Virus record (IMG/VR): IMGVR_UViG_3300009503_000022
Coordinates: 1-64,000 of that record
Origin: a virus
Reading direction: 5' to 3' (one strand)
Length of the DNA: 64,000 nucleotides
Under the pieces are notes generated by a model, which was given only the letters and a program-made list of their open reading frames with translations, did not search any database and was not told the DNA's origin. Position numbers and translations under genes: made by a program. Shown piece by piece: positions 19,170 through 29,015 of the stretch. The stretch's first letter is position 1; each line of letters begins with the position of its first letter.

Positions 19170-19364
19170 TTATTCATCATGAAAATCCTCAGAGCGAACA
19201 GTTTTCCTTTTTCTTAATCTAGCTTTATTACACGCATTTTTTATAATTTGTTTAAACAAATCATTTATTATACCATAACAATCCTTAGACATCATCATTC
19301 CTTCTTCTCTAATTAACTTATGTATATAAAATGGTCTAAATAGATATGTATGAAATTTTTTCAT
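19170..19364 (-). CDS. prokaryotic-type histone-fold protein
   Basis: 64 aa three-helix pattern ending ARLRKRKTVRSEDF (RKTV...D histone signature). Confidence 0.75.
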   Translation of the reverse strand: MKKFHTYLFRPFYIHKLIREEGMMMSKDCYGIINDLFKQIIKNACNKARLRKRKTVRSEDFHDE

Positions 19365-19495
19365 TTATTTTCTTTTTTAACTATTCTTATTATTCTTCCA
19401 CATTTATTACATTTATAAGTCTTTTCGTCAATCTTTTCCATTTCAGCATCTTTATTACATTTACAGCATATTTTTTTAACATTAAATTTATTCAT
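19361..19495 (-). CDS. 44-aa zinc-ribbon protein (missed by the track)
   Basis: MNKFNVKKICCKCNKDAEM...YKCNKCGRII; ATGA overlap with the histone gene. Confidence 0.55.
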   Translation of the reverse strand: MNKFNVKKICCKCNKDAEMEKIDEKTYKCNKCGRIIRIVKKENK

Positions 19496-19788
19496 AAACT
19501 CCTCATTAAATTTATCTTTTTTTCTAATTTATCTAATTCTATTTCTATTGTATCAATAGCCACATCGAACATTTCTAAATCTTCTAAAAAAACTTCTTTT
19601 TCACTATCAGGTAATTTTTTAATTATTTCTTCGTATAACGATTTTCTTGCTTTTAATTTCAATAAATTATATTCTCTATCTCGTTTATATTCGATAAGAA
19701 AATTAATTTCATCGGATAATACTTTATTAAAATCTATACCTAAATATTCTTTTATCTTATCAGTCCAATATTTTATAATTTTATTCAT
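19492..19788 (-). CDS. hypothetical coiled-coil protein
   Basis: ORF. Confidence 0.55.
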   Translation of the reverse strand: MNKIIKYWTDKIKEYLGIDFNKVLSDEINFLIEYKRDREYNLLKLKARKSLYEEIIKKLPDSEKEVFLEDLEMFDVAIDTIEIELDKLEKKINLMRSL

Positions 19789-19789
19789 C

Positions 19790-20176
19790 TTAAAATTCCC
19801 AAATAAATTTTTTATTATTTTCGACTATTGCAGAATCAAATATATTTTCTATCCATTTATCTATTCCGTGTTTTATTATCGCAGGTTTTTCATATAATAA
19901 ATTTATATCATAAATTCCATAAAATATATGTCTATTAATATAAAGTTTAATATCAAACTCAATCCTTTTTTCGTATTTACTTCTTTCTAATTTATTACTC
20001 AAAATTTTATAAGCTTCTACTATTTCTTTAAACTTTTCTTCTGCGGTATCGCTTTTATTGATATCAGGATGATATTTTTTAGCTAATTCTAAATAAGCTT
20101 TTCTAATCTCAGATATCGAAGCATTTTTTTTTACTTTTAATATTTTATAATAATTTTCTTTCATATTAATTATCAA
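19790..20176 (-). CDS. J-domain (DnaJ-like) protein
   Basis: NYYKILKV...[12 protein letters not shown]...[12 protein letters not shown]. Confidence 0.9.
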   Translation of the reverse strand: MIINMKENYYKILKVKKNASISEIRKAYLELAKKYHPDINKSDTAEEKFKEIVEAYKILSNKLERSKYEKRIEFDIKLYINRHIFYGIYDINLLYEKPAIIKHGIDKWIENIFDSAIVENNKKFIWEF

Positions 20177-20378
20177 TTCTTTTTTCTACTTTATCCATTA
20201 ATTTATTAAATTCATCGTATATTAAACCTATTTTAGCTTCTTTTTCATATCCACATTCGCATTTATATTTAGCAATAGTTGCACCAAATATTTTTTGTTT
20301 TGATGAAATATATTTCATTTCTTTACCGCATTTAGAACATTTTTTATTCATATTTTTTATCACTCCAGTCCTTTTCAA
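20166..20378 (-). CDS. small zinc-ribbon protein
   Basis: CSKCG...CECG. Confidence 0.55.
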   Translation of the reverse strand: MKRTGVIKNMNKKCSKCGKEMKYISSKQKIFGATIAKYKCECGYEKEAKIGLIYDEFNKLMDKVEKRIDN

Positions 20379-20568
20379 AAATAAGATTCACCTGAGGTTT
20401 AATACTATGAATTAATCCTCTTTGTATCTGAATTGTTATTTCTCCATAACCAGGATATTGTTTCATCGCTCTTATCGTCGCAATAATCGCTAATTCTCTT
20501 TTATCTATCAATTTAGATAATTTTTCTGGTACATAATTTTTAATTTCTTCTTCATTTAATTCGAACAT
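20344..20568 (-). CDS. small DUF2292/YezD-like protein
   Basis: GYGEITIQIQRGLI pattern. Confidence 0.45.
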   Translation of the reverse strand: MFELNEEEIKNYVPEKLSKLIDKRELAIIATIRAMKQYPGYGEITIQIQRGLIHSIKPQVNLIFEKDWSDKKYE

Positions 20569-20806
20569 TCATTACTCCTTTACTTTTTTTAAAATTTATA
20601 CATTTTAAAGAAACATTTTTAAAATCTATATTTTTAGGTTCATAATTAATACATATAGAAGGTTCATATATACTTTGCACAAAACCTTTACAACACTTAT
20701 ACCAAGGACAAAAAACTTTAGCACTAATTAATATAGATATTGGAAATCCTTCTCTAACTTTACTAAATTTCTTATTTTTAAATTTTAAATCATTCATCTT
20801 TTTCAA
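20552..20806 (-). CDS. hypothetical Cys-rich protein
   Basis: ORF. Confidence 0.5.
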   Translation of the reverse strand: MKKMNDLKFKNKKFSKVREGFPISILISAKVFCPWYKCCKGFVQSIYEPSICINYEPKNIDFKNVSLKCINFKKSKGVMNVRIK

Positions 20807-21020
20807 AATTAAGTTTTAATTGTTCAGAAGTTTTTATATCGATTTCATCTTTTATTCTTGTCTCATTCTTTTCTATAATAAACTTCAATGAAGTATCTTT
20901 ACCATATATTTCGATCATTTGCTCTAACCAATCTTTAAATTCTTGAGAATCTAACTTACCCCAAAATATATGCCTTATATTTTCATTCTTCATATTAATT
21001 TTTCTCATATTTTCCTCCAT
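20790..21020 (-). CDS. hypothetical protein
   Basis: ORF. Confidence 0.5.
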   Translation of the reverse strand: MEENMRKINMKNENIRHIFWGKLDSQEFKDWLEQMIEIYGKDTSLKFIIEKNETRIKDEIDIKTSEQLKLNFEKDE

Positions 21021-21570
21021 TCTTATTATTATCTAATTCGTTAGTTTTAATCAAACTTTTTATTATTTCTTTTCGCATATTATTAATCTTAACATCTTTA
21101 CCATTTAACATACTTAAAATATATTCTCCTATTTTTGCTAATCCAAAAGCATCTGCAAGATTATTATCATTAAAATCCGCTTTCCAATATTTATATACTT
21201 CTTTTAACATCAAATCTTTTTCACAATTTCCTTTTCCTGTAACAAATTTTTTTAATTGAGTAGGAGAAACTTCAATTAAATTATAAGAATTTTGTATTAT
21301 AAAATATTTTATCACTCCACCCAATTCCCCTAAAGAAAAAGCCTGACCTTTTCTAGATAAAAAACTATATCCCTCTATAACAACTATATCAACAGATTTA
21401 TCTAAAAATTTCATTATATCATTTTTTATTTTTTCTATTCTTTTAATTCTATCATAAATATTTCTTCCTTCAAATGTTGTTTTTATATTCAATTGCTTAT
21501 TAATCTTACCATTCTTCAAACATATTAAACCAGTATTTGTCATAGAAAGATCTATTCCTACAGATAACAT
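20995..21570 (-). CDS. RuvC-like Holliday junction resolvase
   Basis: VGIDLSMTNTG, VVIEGY, PTQLKKFVTGKGN, DNNLADA. Confidence 0.9.
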   Translation of the reverse strand: MLSVGIDLSMTNTGLICLKNGKINKQLNIKTTFEGRNIYDRIKRIEKIKNDIMKFLDKSVDIVVIEGYSFLSRKGQAFSLGELGGVIKYFIIQNSYNLIEVSPTQLKKFVTGKGNCEKDLMLKEVYKYWKADFNDNNLADAFGLAKIGEYILSMLNGKDVKINNMRKEIIKSLIKTNELDNNKNGGKYEKN

Positions 21571-21571
21571 A

Positions 21572-21832
21572 TTAGCTCCTATCTTTGTTTTTTAACCAAA
21601 TAATAAATGCTACTATTAATTTCAAATCCTTTATATTATTCAAATTGTTTAATATATAAAATTCTAAACTTTTCATATTTTTTTCCCATTCATTATATAA
21701 TGGATATAATGCACATTCTTTTTTATCAACACTAATAAAAAAATTTATACTATCACATTTTAAACCATTCATAAATATCTCGTTATTACAAAAATCAGAA
21801 TATTTACATTTTTCATAAATTGGCATTACCAT
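21572..21832 (-). CDS. hypothetical Cys-rich protein
   Basis: ORF. Confidence 0.5.
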   Translation of the reverse strand: MVMPIYEKCKYSDFCNNEIFMNGLKCDSINFFISVDKKECALYPLYNEWEKNMKSLEFYILNNLNNIKDLKLIVAFIIWLKNKDRS

Positions 21833-22472
21833 AAGAATATCTTACCACCTCTGCTTCACTATATCCTTTCTTTTTAACAATTCTTATAACTTGATCGGCT
21901 TCATCAATCACTTGTTCACGATGACTTATTAAAATAATTTGTATACCTAATTTATTAGATATTGTATTAAGAAAATTACCAAATTTTCCTTGCTTATCAT
22001 TACTTATCCATTTCCCTGCTTCATCTAATATCAATATCTTTGCTATATTAAATTGATATAAAAATATTACTCTTTGTAAAATACTAACGATATCTACTAA
22101 ACCTCCCCCGAATGAATTAATTATATCGTAATATGATTCTGTTATCTTATCATAAATTTGATATTTTGCCCCTATTACATTTCTCTTAGCTTCATATTGA
22201 ATAACAAATTTTAAATTATCTTCTTCTAAAATATCTGACAATCCTTTAGTTATTAAAGTTTCTATTCTCTCTATAGTATTTGTTTTCATTATATTACCTA
22301 TTTGTTGAAAAACATTAATCGATTCAGAATAAATACCTTCCAAAAAATCAATTTCTTTAATTTTATTATTAACATCTTTAATTTGCTTATTCAATATATC
22401 CCTTTTCCCTAATTCTTTTAATATACTATTATTAATACTACTGAATTTATCTTCTAAAATTTTTATATTCAT
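21813..22472 (-). CDS. SbcC/Rad50-like ATPase, C-terminal half
   Basis: SFGGG signature, ILILDEA Walker B, LISH H-loop. Confidence 0.85.
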   Translation of the reverse strand: MNIKILEDKFSSINNSILKELGKRDILNKQIKDVNNKIKEIDFLEGIYSESINVFQQIGNIMKTNTIERIETLITKGLSDILEEDNLKFVIQYEAKRNVIGAKYQIYDKITESYYDIINSFGGGLVDIVSILQRVIFLYQFNIAKILILDEAGKWISNDKQGKFGNFLNTISNKLGIQIILISHREQVIDEADQVIRIVKKKGYSEAEVVRYSYGNANL

Positions 22473-22717
22473 AACATTAACTCATCTAATTTTTCAATTA
22501 ATTTATTATACTTTTCTTGATTTTCTTTTTTTAATTTTTCTATAGTATCATCTAAATCTTTATATGAAATATTATTTTCATTTAACAATTTTTGCAATTT
22601 TTGTTTTTCTTCTTCTAAATACTTTTGTTTAATTTTTAATTCAGATTTTAATGCAATCTTTCTTTCTCTTATATTATTAATTCTCTTTTTTAATTCATTT
22701 ATTTCAGATTCATTCAT
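22469..22717 (-). CDS. coiled-coil protein (possible SbcC arm segment)
   Basis: Heptad-rich; lies inside the SbcCD locus. Confidence 0.55.
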   Translation of the reverse strand: MNESEINELKKRINNIRERKIALKSELKIKQKYLEEEKQKLQKLLNENNISYKDLDDTIEKLKKENQEKYNKLIEKLDELML

Positions 22718-22718
22718 T

Positions 22719-22955
22719 TTATTCTCCTTTTTGTTTTTCTTTTAATCTTTTTAAAATTTCATTTTTTACTTCTACTCTAACCTTCATAGAATCTATTATT
22801 CTTTCAATTTCCTTTATTATATTTATATCTTGAATATTTATATTTTTTAACGAATTTATAAAATTATCAAAATTTACTTCTTTTTTCTCTTTATCCATAA
22901 CATTTCTAAAAATATCTTTAGATGCAGATTTCAAATTAATATATTTTATATTCAT
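22719..22955 (-). CDS. small protein, possibly the detached SbcD C-terminal helical domain
   Basis: Follows a short SbcD gene. Confidence 0.45.
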   Translation of the reverse strand: MNIKYINLKSASKDIFRNVMDKEKKEVNFDNFINSLKNINIQDINIIKEIERIIDSMKVRVEVKNEILKRLKEKQKGE

Positions 22956-22958
22956 AAT

Positions 22959-23627
22959 TTAAATCTCCAATAAACAAATCTTTGGTTCTATTTTTGATTC
23001 GTTAATATTTTGTCTTGTAAACGGACCTGGATTTATAAATCTTTTTCCTTTAATTTCAACATCAAATTGAGAATGAATATGAGCACAAAAAATTATATCA
23101 GCATCAGTTACTTTAGCAATATCCTTTGCTAATAAATAATCATAAATTACAGGCTCCAAAACTATTGGATCATGACTAACAATTATCTTTATTTTATCTG
23201 TTTTCTGATCTATTCTATAATCATCTATAGAAAATCTCTTTCGAGCATTTATTCCTTTTATAATATAATTTTTATTACAAACTAATTGATCGTTTAATAA
23301 TCTAACAGCATCAACTTTAATTAATGTTCCTATTGCTGTTTTATTTAAAGTTTCTAAATTATATCCATATAAATCATGACTTCCACATATACCATATATT
23401 TCAGAATTTAAATTTATTATAAAATCTAAAATATTATTAAATAATTCATACGAAGGTGTTGGATTATCGAATAAATCACCACCAAAAATAACAACATTAA
23501 CTTTTTCATTTTCGCATATATCTTTCAATTCTTTCATTTTACTAAATTGAATATGATAAAAATCATCTAATCTATTAATCGGATTTGTATCTCTAAAATG
23601 AGAATCTGTAAGGTAAAGTATTTTCAT
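22959..23627 (-). CDS. SbcD/Mre11-like nuclease
   Basis: LTDSH, GGDLFD, GSHD, AHIH, NPG. Confidence 0.85.
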   Translation of the reverse strand: MKILYLTDSHFRDTNPINRLDDFYHIQFSKMKELKDICENEKVNVVIFGGDLFDNPTPSYELFNNILDFIINLNSEIYGICGSHDLYGYNLETLNKTAIGTLIKVDAVRLLNDQLVCNKNYIIKGINARKRFSIDDYRIDQKTDKIKIIVSHDPIVLEPVIYDYLLAKDIAKVTDADIIFCAHIHSQFDVEIKGKRFINPGPFTRQNINESKIEPKICLLEI

Positions 23628-23664
23628 AATTTAATAACCTCATTAAATTCTATATTTTTTAAAA

Positions 23665-24666
23665 TCATAATTCGCTTAAACATTTACTAATAGTTTTATC
23701 ATCTATATTGCTTCCACATATTGGACATTTTTTAATTTCTCTAAGATAATTTTCATATTTTTTAATATATTTTTTTTCAGATTCAATACAATCTTCTATT
23801 AATTTATTTATATTATCTATTTCTTTACTAAGATTAATAACCCTATTATAAAGTTCATAAATATTATTAAATGATTTAAAATCGTCTAATTGCTTAATCA
23901 TAATATCAACATCAATTTTTTCTAAATCTTCATATTCTTTTTCTAATTTCTGAATTTCACTTTTCTTTTGCTTCCAAATCTTAATATTATTTTGTATATC
24001 ACTTAAAATATTAAGTTTATCAATATCTGCTTTTAACTTATCGATCTCTAATTTAATAATATCAAGTTCGCCTTTCTTTTTTTCCAATTTATCATATTGC
24101 TTAACTTCTTCTTCTATATTAAATAAATCTTGTTTTAATTTATTTCTTTCTAAAATAATATCTCTTTTATCATTGTTTAAATCTTTAAGAATATTATCTA
24201 TAATATCTAAACCAGATAATTTATTTAATATTCTTGCTTTTACTGAATCAGACTCATTTACAAGAAATATAGAATCTAACTGATCTGAAAAATTAAGATT
24301 TATTTCCCTGTTATCATCTATTTTAATAGTATCAATGTTAACTAACGTTTTTATATCTGAAGGAATATTTGTACCAAAATTGTTATATACTTTATCATTA
24401 ATAATATATTGATTTATATTTTCGCCTTTCTTTCTTATAATCTTAACATTATTAGAAAATTCAATTTCTATTTGACAAAAATCACTATCATAATTTACAA
24501 AACTTTTTTCCCAAGGTTCACCAAATAAAACAAATTTCAAAGCTCTAATTATTGATGATTTACCTGCATCAGTCGATCCTATTATACAATTAAAATTCTT
24601 AGAAAATTCTATCTTCGTATTTTTATGAGATTGAAAATCGATAAGTTTAATACTTTTTATATACAT
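23665..24666 (-). CDS. SbcC/Rad50-like ATPase, N-terminal half ending at the zinc hook
   Basis: DFQSH, GSTDAGKS Walker A, Q-loop DQLD, terminal CPICG. Confidence 0.85.
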   Translation of the reverse strand: MYIKSIKLIDFQSHKNTKIEFSKNFNCIIGSTDAGKSSIIRALKFVLFGEPWEKSFVNYDSDFCQIEIEFSNNVKIIRKKGENINQYIINDKVYNNFGTNIPSDIKTLVNIDTIKIDDNREINLNFSDQLDSIFLVNESDSVKARILNKLSGLDIIDNILKDLNNDKRDIILERNKLKQDLFNIEEEVKQYDKLEKKKGELDIIKLEIDKLKADIDKLNILSDIQNNIKIWKQKKSEIQKLEKEYEDLEKIDVDIMIKQLDDFKSFNNIYELYNRVINLSKEIDNINKLIEDCIESEKKYIKKYENYLREIKKCPICGSNIDDKTISKCLSEL

Positions 24667-25689
24667 TTATAATATATCCTCTTCCTTTCTATTTTCCTTC
24701 TGTTTAAGTTCTGCTTCAAATTCTAATGATTTAATTAATTCTTCCTTTAATTCATTTATATCTTTAATAGCATTCTTCATCTTTTCCTTTCCAATAAATT
24801 GCCATTTTTTAAATGTATAAGTTTTACCATTTAATTTAATTATTTCCTTAGATAAAGCAGCATCAAATATTTCACTATCATTATCTATTCCCGTATTAAA
24901 ATTTAATAAAAATTCTGCTTCTCTATATGGACAAGCACATTTGTTCTTAACAACTTCTGCATGAACTATATGACCTATTATATTACCATTTTTATCCGTT
25001 ATTGACGATTTACTCACTTTTTGAACTCTAATTCTCATAGATGAATAAAATTTTAATGCTCTTCCACCTGTAGTTATTTCTGGATTTCCCCACATCTGAC
25101 CTATTTTCTCTCTAATTTGATTTACAAATATAACTACAGTTTTACTTTTACTAGCTATACCTGTCAATTTTCGCATTGCTTTAGACATTAATCTAGCGTG
25201 TAAACCAACATTAGCATCTTCCATATTACCTTCTAATTCAGCTTTAGGCACTAAAGCAGTAACAGAATCAATAACAATAATATCAAAAGATTTAGTTAAT
25301 AATAATTTTTCTAATACGTTTAAAGCTTGTTCGCCATAATCAGGTTGATAAAAATATAATTCGTCTGTATTAACTCCCAATTTTTGAGCCCATTTTTTAT
25401 TAAGCGAATGTTCTGCATCTATAAATGCAGCAATTCCACCTGCTTTTTGAGCTTGAGCAATTGCTATTAAACTAAGAGTAGTTTTCCCTCCACTTTCTGG
25501 ACCAAATATTTCTATTATTCTACCTCTAGGATAACCATTAATTCCAGTAGCAATATTTAAAGTTATTGATCCTGTAGAAATAACATCATATTCACCATAT
25601 TTATCGTCTTTTAACTTTACTACTTTAATACCTAATTCTTCTAATTCTTTTACAGTTTTCTCTATCTTTTTTTCTTTTTCGTTTGACAT
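24667..25689 (-). CDS. recA: RecA recombinase
   Basis: GPESGGKTT, FIDAEH, IDSV, NQIREKIG, TGGRALKFYSS, VVKNK. Confidence 0.95.
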   Translation of the reverse strand: MSNEKEKKIEKTVKELEELGIKVVKLKDDKYGEYDVISTGSITLNIATGINGYPRGRIIEIFGPESGGKTTLSLIAIAQAQKAGGIAAFIDAEHSLNKKWAQKLGVNTDELYFYQPDYGEQALNVLEKLLLTKSFDIIVIDSVTALVPKAELEGNMEDANVGLHARLMSKAMRKLTGIASKSKTVVIFVNQIREKIGQMWGNPEITTGGRALKFYSSMRIRVQKVSKSSITDKNGNIIGHIVHAEVVKNKCACPYREAEFLLNFNTGIDNDSEIFDAALSKEIIKLNGKTYTFKKWQFIGKEKMKNAIKDINELKEELIKSLEFEAELKQKENRKEEDIL

Positions 25690-25712
25690 TTTAATTACCT
25701 CAAATATCTTAA

Positions 25713-26243
25713 TTATTCATCAGTTCCTATATTCAATTTTGTCCCTTTTGCATCAGGATTTATTTTCAATTCGCCTCTCATAAACATTATACCCAATGTT
25801 GAAATTAATCTAGAAATATTTTTATTTGTCGATTCAAGATTAGCATACCTTGATTTAACTTTTGATTCAAAATCTTTAGCATCCAATAAATGATTCCTAG
25901 CAATTCTTATTTTTTCTAACTTATCTTTTAATTTATTATTTAATGCAGCATTTCTTTTATCCTGAGAACTTAATTCTTGAATTTCTTTATCATTAATCAT
26001 TAATCTTTCTTTTTCGCGCTCAAATTCTTCTTCTAAATCATTTAATTTCTTTTCTAAAATATTTCTATTAGAAATTGCATCTTCATATATACTTTGAACT
26101 CTATCCTTATAAGATTGTATTTTAACTAATTTTTTATTTATTACTTCAGTAGGATAAGATGAAGGTTCTATTAATTTTACTGCATACGTTTTTAATTCTT
26201 CACTTAACTTTTCATAATCTAATATTTTAAATTCATCTGACAT
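25713..26243 (-). CDS. helical protein, possible UvsY-like recombination mediator
   Basis: Long coiled coil between the SSB-like gene and recA (positional inference). Confidence 0.4.
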   Translation of the reverse strand: MSDEFKILDYEKLSEELKTYAVKLIEPSSYPTEVINKKLVKIQSYKDRVQSIYEDAISNRNILEKKLNDLEEEFEREKERLMINDKEIQELSSQDKRNAALNNKLKDKLEKIRIARNHLLDAKDFESKVKSRYANLESTNKNISRLISTLGIMFMRGELKINPDAKGTKLNIGTDE

Positions 26244-26260
26244 ATTTACCTCCCTATTTA

Positions 26261-27016
26261 TTATACAAAATCATCATCTTTTTTATTTTTATTCTTTCTA
26301 TTTTGTTCAAATTCATCGTCGTCGTCCTCTTCTATTTCTTCCTCTTTACTATCTTCGTTATCGTCATCATCATCTATGTCTTCGTCTTCATCTTTTTCAT
26401 TATCATCTGTATCTTCATCAACATCTTCACTTTTATTATTTCCATCATCTTCTTCTACATCTTCATCTTCCTCATCATCATCAATATCTTCATCATCTTC
26501 TTCTATATCTTCATCATCATTTTCTTTTTCATTTAATTTTTTAGCTTTTTTCATAGCCTGTTCGTTCTTTTCTATATTTAATTTTATTCTCTCGATCTCT
26601 TTTTCTAAAGATTCATCATCTATATTATATGGTAATATTTCCATAACAGTATTAAATGTTATATCACCTTTTTTAATAGGTTTAACATATATCTTATATT
26701 TTTCATTAATAGAATCATCTAAATCATAATCACTTAAATCTTTCCTACCTGCTAATCCATATAACATGTGCTCACTATCAAAACGTATAATAGGTCTTTC
26801 TTCGTCATCTAATATAGTCCATAAAGTACCAAAAGCCATTGCTCCTTTATATTTTTTATTTAAAATATCAAAAAATAATGTTATACCTCCAGCAATACCA
26901 TTTTTACCCTCATAAAAAAACTTTTTATACTTCTTAAATCTAGCAACATAAATCTTTTCTGGCAAAATCATAAACTTCTTATTCTTTTCTTTACCTTTAT
27001 TTACATATATTTTCAT
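26261..27016 (-). CDS. putative single-stranded DNA-binding protein with a very long acidic tail
   Basis: OB-like N domain; D/E-rich C-terminus ending DDDFV; next to recA. Confidence 0.55.
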   Translation of the reverse strand: MKIYVNKGKEKNKKFMILPEKIYVARFKKYKKFFYEGKNGIAGGITLFFDILNKKYKGAMAFGTLWTILDDEERPIIRFDSEHMLYGLAGRKDLSDYDLDDSINEKYKIYVKPIKKGDITFNTVMEILPYNIDDESLEKEIERIKLNIEKNEQAMKKAKKLNEKENDDEDIEEDDEDIDDDEEDEDVEEDDGNNKSEDVDEDTDDNEKDEDEDIDDDDDNEDSKEEEIEEDDDDEFEQNRKNKNKKDDDFV

Positions 27017-27049
27017 ATTTACCTCCTTTTTTAAAATCTTTTTATATTA

Positions 27050-27084
27050 TAATTATATACAAAAATTCTATTTTTTTTAACATC
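27050..27084 (-). promoter_or_regulatory. class B promoter-like motif
   Basis: GATGTTAA-N19-TATAATTA upstream of the SSB-like gene. Confidence 0.6.
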
Positions 27085-27566
27085 TAAATCTTATTATATA
27101 AAGAAACAAATCCATCATTATATACATAAAGTTCTATAATATCTGCTTTAACTGTATTAAGTATATAATTATTCCCATATATTTCTTTAAAAACAATAGC
27201 TTTAACTCCTGCATTTATCAATTGACCTAAACATAAATTACACGGAGAAACAATACAATATAAAATAGTATCTTTAGTAGATATACCATTTTTAGCACAC
27301 ATTAATATTGCGTTTATCTCTGCGTGAACTGCAATACACAATTCTAAACTTTTACCTGATTCAATATTTTTCTTGATTCTTAAACATTCCTTACAATGAG
27401 GATATTTACTTGGTGCTCCATTATATCCTGTAGATATTATTCTGTTATCTTTAACTAAAACTGCTCCTGTCTGTCTTCTTAAACACGTAGACATTTTCGC
27501 CATTTTTTCTGCAACTTCCATAAATATTTTATTAAACTCACATTGTCTATCCGTATTTTCAATCAT
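27084..27566 (-). CDS. dCMP deaminase (ComEB family)
   Basis: STCLRRQTGA, TGYNG, HAEINA, PCNLC. Confidence 0.9.
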   Translation of the reverse strand: MIENTDRQCEFNKIFMEVAEKMAKMSTCLRRQTGAVLVKDNRIISTGYNGAPSKYPHCKECLRIKKNIESGKSLELCIAVHAEINAILMCAKNGISTKDTILYCIVSPCNLCLGQLINAGVKAIVFKEIYGNNYILNTVKADIIELYVYNDGFVSLYNKI

Positions 27567-27569
27567 ATT

Positions 27570-29015
27570 TTACTTTTCTTTCAAAAGTTTTATATCTATC
27601 GAAGATAATTCGTCACTTTTTAATTCATTTCTAATTTCTTCAGAAGTAGGAATATATATACCCAATTGCTTCATAATTTTTTCTCTATCAGAACAAACTG
27701 TATTTATAGATGCATAATCTGAAACATCATCATCAACTTTATTTCGACCACAAGGTTTAAATAAACGTCCAAAACAATTACTTAAATAATAAGATTTTGC
27801 ATATTCACATTTATTCTTTAAATCACATGACGGAAAAAGATATTTCGCTAATAATGGAAATACTTTTTCTACTTCTTTTCTACATAACCAAGCAAAAGCA
27901 ACTGTAGCATCTGCTTCGCAATTATGTAAAGCACAATTCATAGTACAATACGAATTATGTTCTTCGACTTCTAAATTATATACTTTACCTGTATATTTTG
28001 AATTAAACTTTATTATACCACAAATCTTACTAATTTCATATTTTTTTGTAAATTTTTTATCTTGATCTATAATCGGAAATGCTACGAAATCTCCTTTATT
28101 TAATTCTTCAACTTTAATAAAATCTAATTTATTGTATATCTCATTATTTGAAATTTTATTAATAACTTCTTTTTTAATACCATATACTTTATGATTTCCT
28201 GTAATATTAAATGTATATAATTTAAAATTAGATGTATAACTTATATTATATATATCCGAATAACAATCATTACTTATAGTCTCTATAACTTTTTTAAATT
28301 CTCCTAAATGAGTTAAAACCCTTTCACCTATAGATATATCTTCAATATTCTTTAACCCATTTTCTGTTATTATCTTTGTCCCGGGCATCAAACAAAATTT
28401 CATTCTTTTAGACAACATATTTTGCAAAGCAGCAAAATTACAAGAAAAACTAAATGCATGAGTATTTGAAATTGGAAGTATACTTCTAGCAGATTGCCAA
28501 TTAGATATTCCTTGTTCAACTATCTTTTTATAAACATCCTTACATTTTTTAGCAGCTTCAATAAAATCTTTTCTTAATTCTTCGTTTTCCCAAATATCAT
28601 CATGAACAAAAAATCCAGCATCTAAATGAGAATTATCTCTAGTACCTCTACTAGAAAAAACAATACCAACTCTAGCTCTAGCTATTTGATCAAATGCCCA
28701 GCGAGGAATATTTTCTACAGCAAATGTAAAATGAGGAGCTTCTAATGCTAACGGTAACGCATTTCTTGTAAGAACGGCTTTAATCACTTCATATTTACCC
28801 TCAAGCGAAGTATCTTCCCATTTATCAATTTTTTTACCCCAACAAGATGTAGCTAATACATACATTGCTTTATATGGATTTCTAGAATAATCAATCAATT
28901 TAACAGAATCTTTCATTCCTGTAACTCCATTATAAAAAACTGTTTTAAATTCAGGATCTTCATCTGGAAGCGTACCCATTATTTTTCTTAATTTATTAAT
29001 ATCATTTTTATTCAT
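27570..29015 (-). CDS. thyX: divergent flavin-dependent thymidylate synthase (ThyX-like) with a mini-intein
   Basis: ALE.PHFTFAV, QIARARVG...SSRGTR (altered RHR motif), QSARSILP. Confidence 0.75.
   Translation of the reverse strand: MNKNDINKLRKIMGTLPDEDPEFKTVFYNGVTGMKDSVKLIDYSRNPYKAMYVLATSCWGKKIDKWEDTSLEGKYEVIKAVLTRNALPLALEAPHFTFAVENIPRWAFDQIARARVGIVFSSRGTRDNSHLDAGFFVHDDIWENEELRKDFIEAAKKCKDVYKKIVEQGISNWQSARSILPISNTHAFSFSCNFAALQNMLSKRMKFCLMPGTKIITENGLKNIEDISIGERVLTHLGEFKKVIETISNDCYSDIYNISYTSNFKLYTFNITGNHKVYGIKKEVINKISNNEIYNKLDFIKVEELNKGDFVAFPIIDQDKKFTKKYEISKICGIIKFNSKYTGKVYNLEVEEHNSYCTMNCALHNCEADATVAFAWLCRKEVEKVFPLLAKYLFPSCDLKNKCEYAKSYYLSNCFGRLFKPCGRNKVDDDVSDYASINTVCSDREKIMKQLGIYIPTSEEIRNELKSDELSSIDIKLLKEK
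27921..28394 (-). mobile_element. 158-aa mini-intein in the ThyX-like gene
   Basis: F|CLMPGTKI...TGNHK...VYNLEVEEHNSY...LHN|C. Confidence 0.9.
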
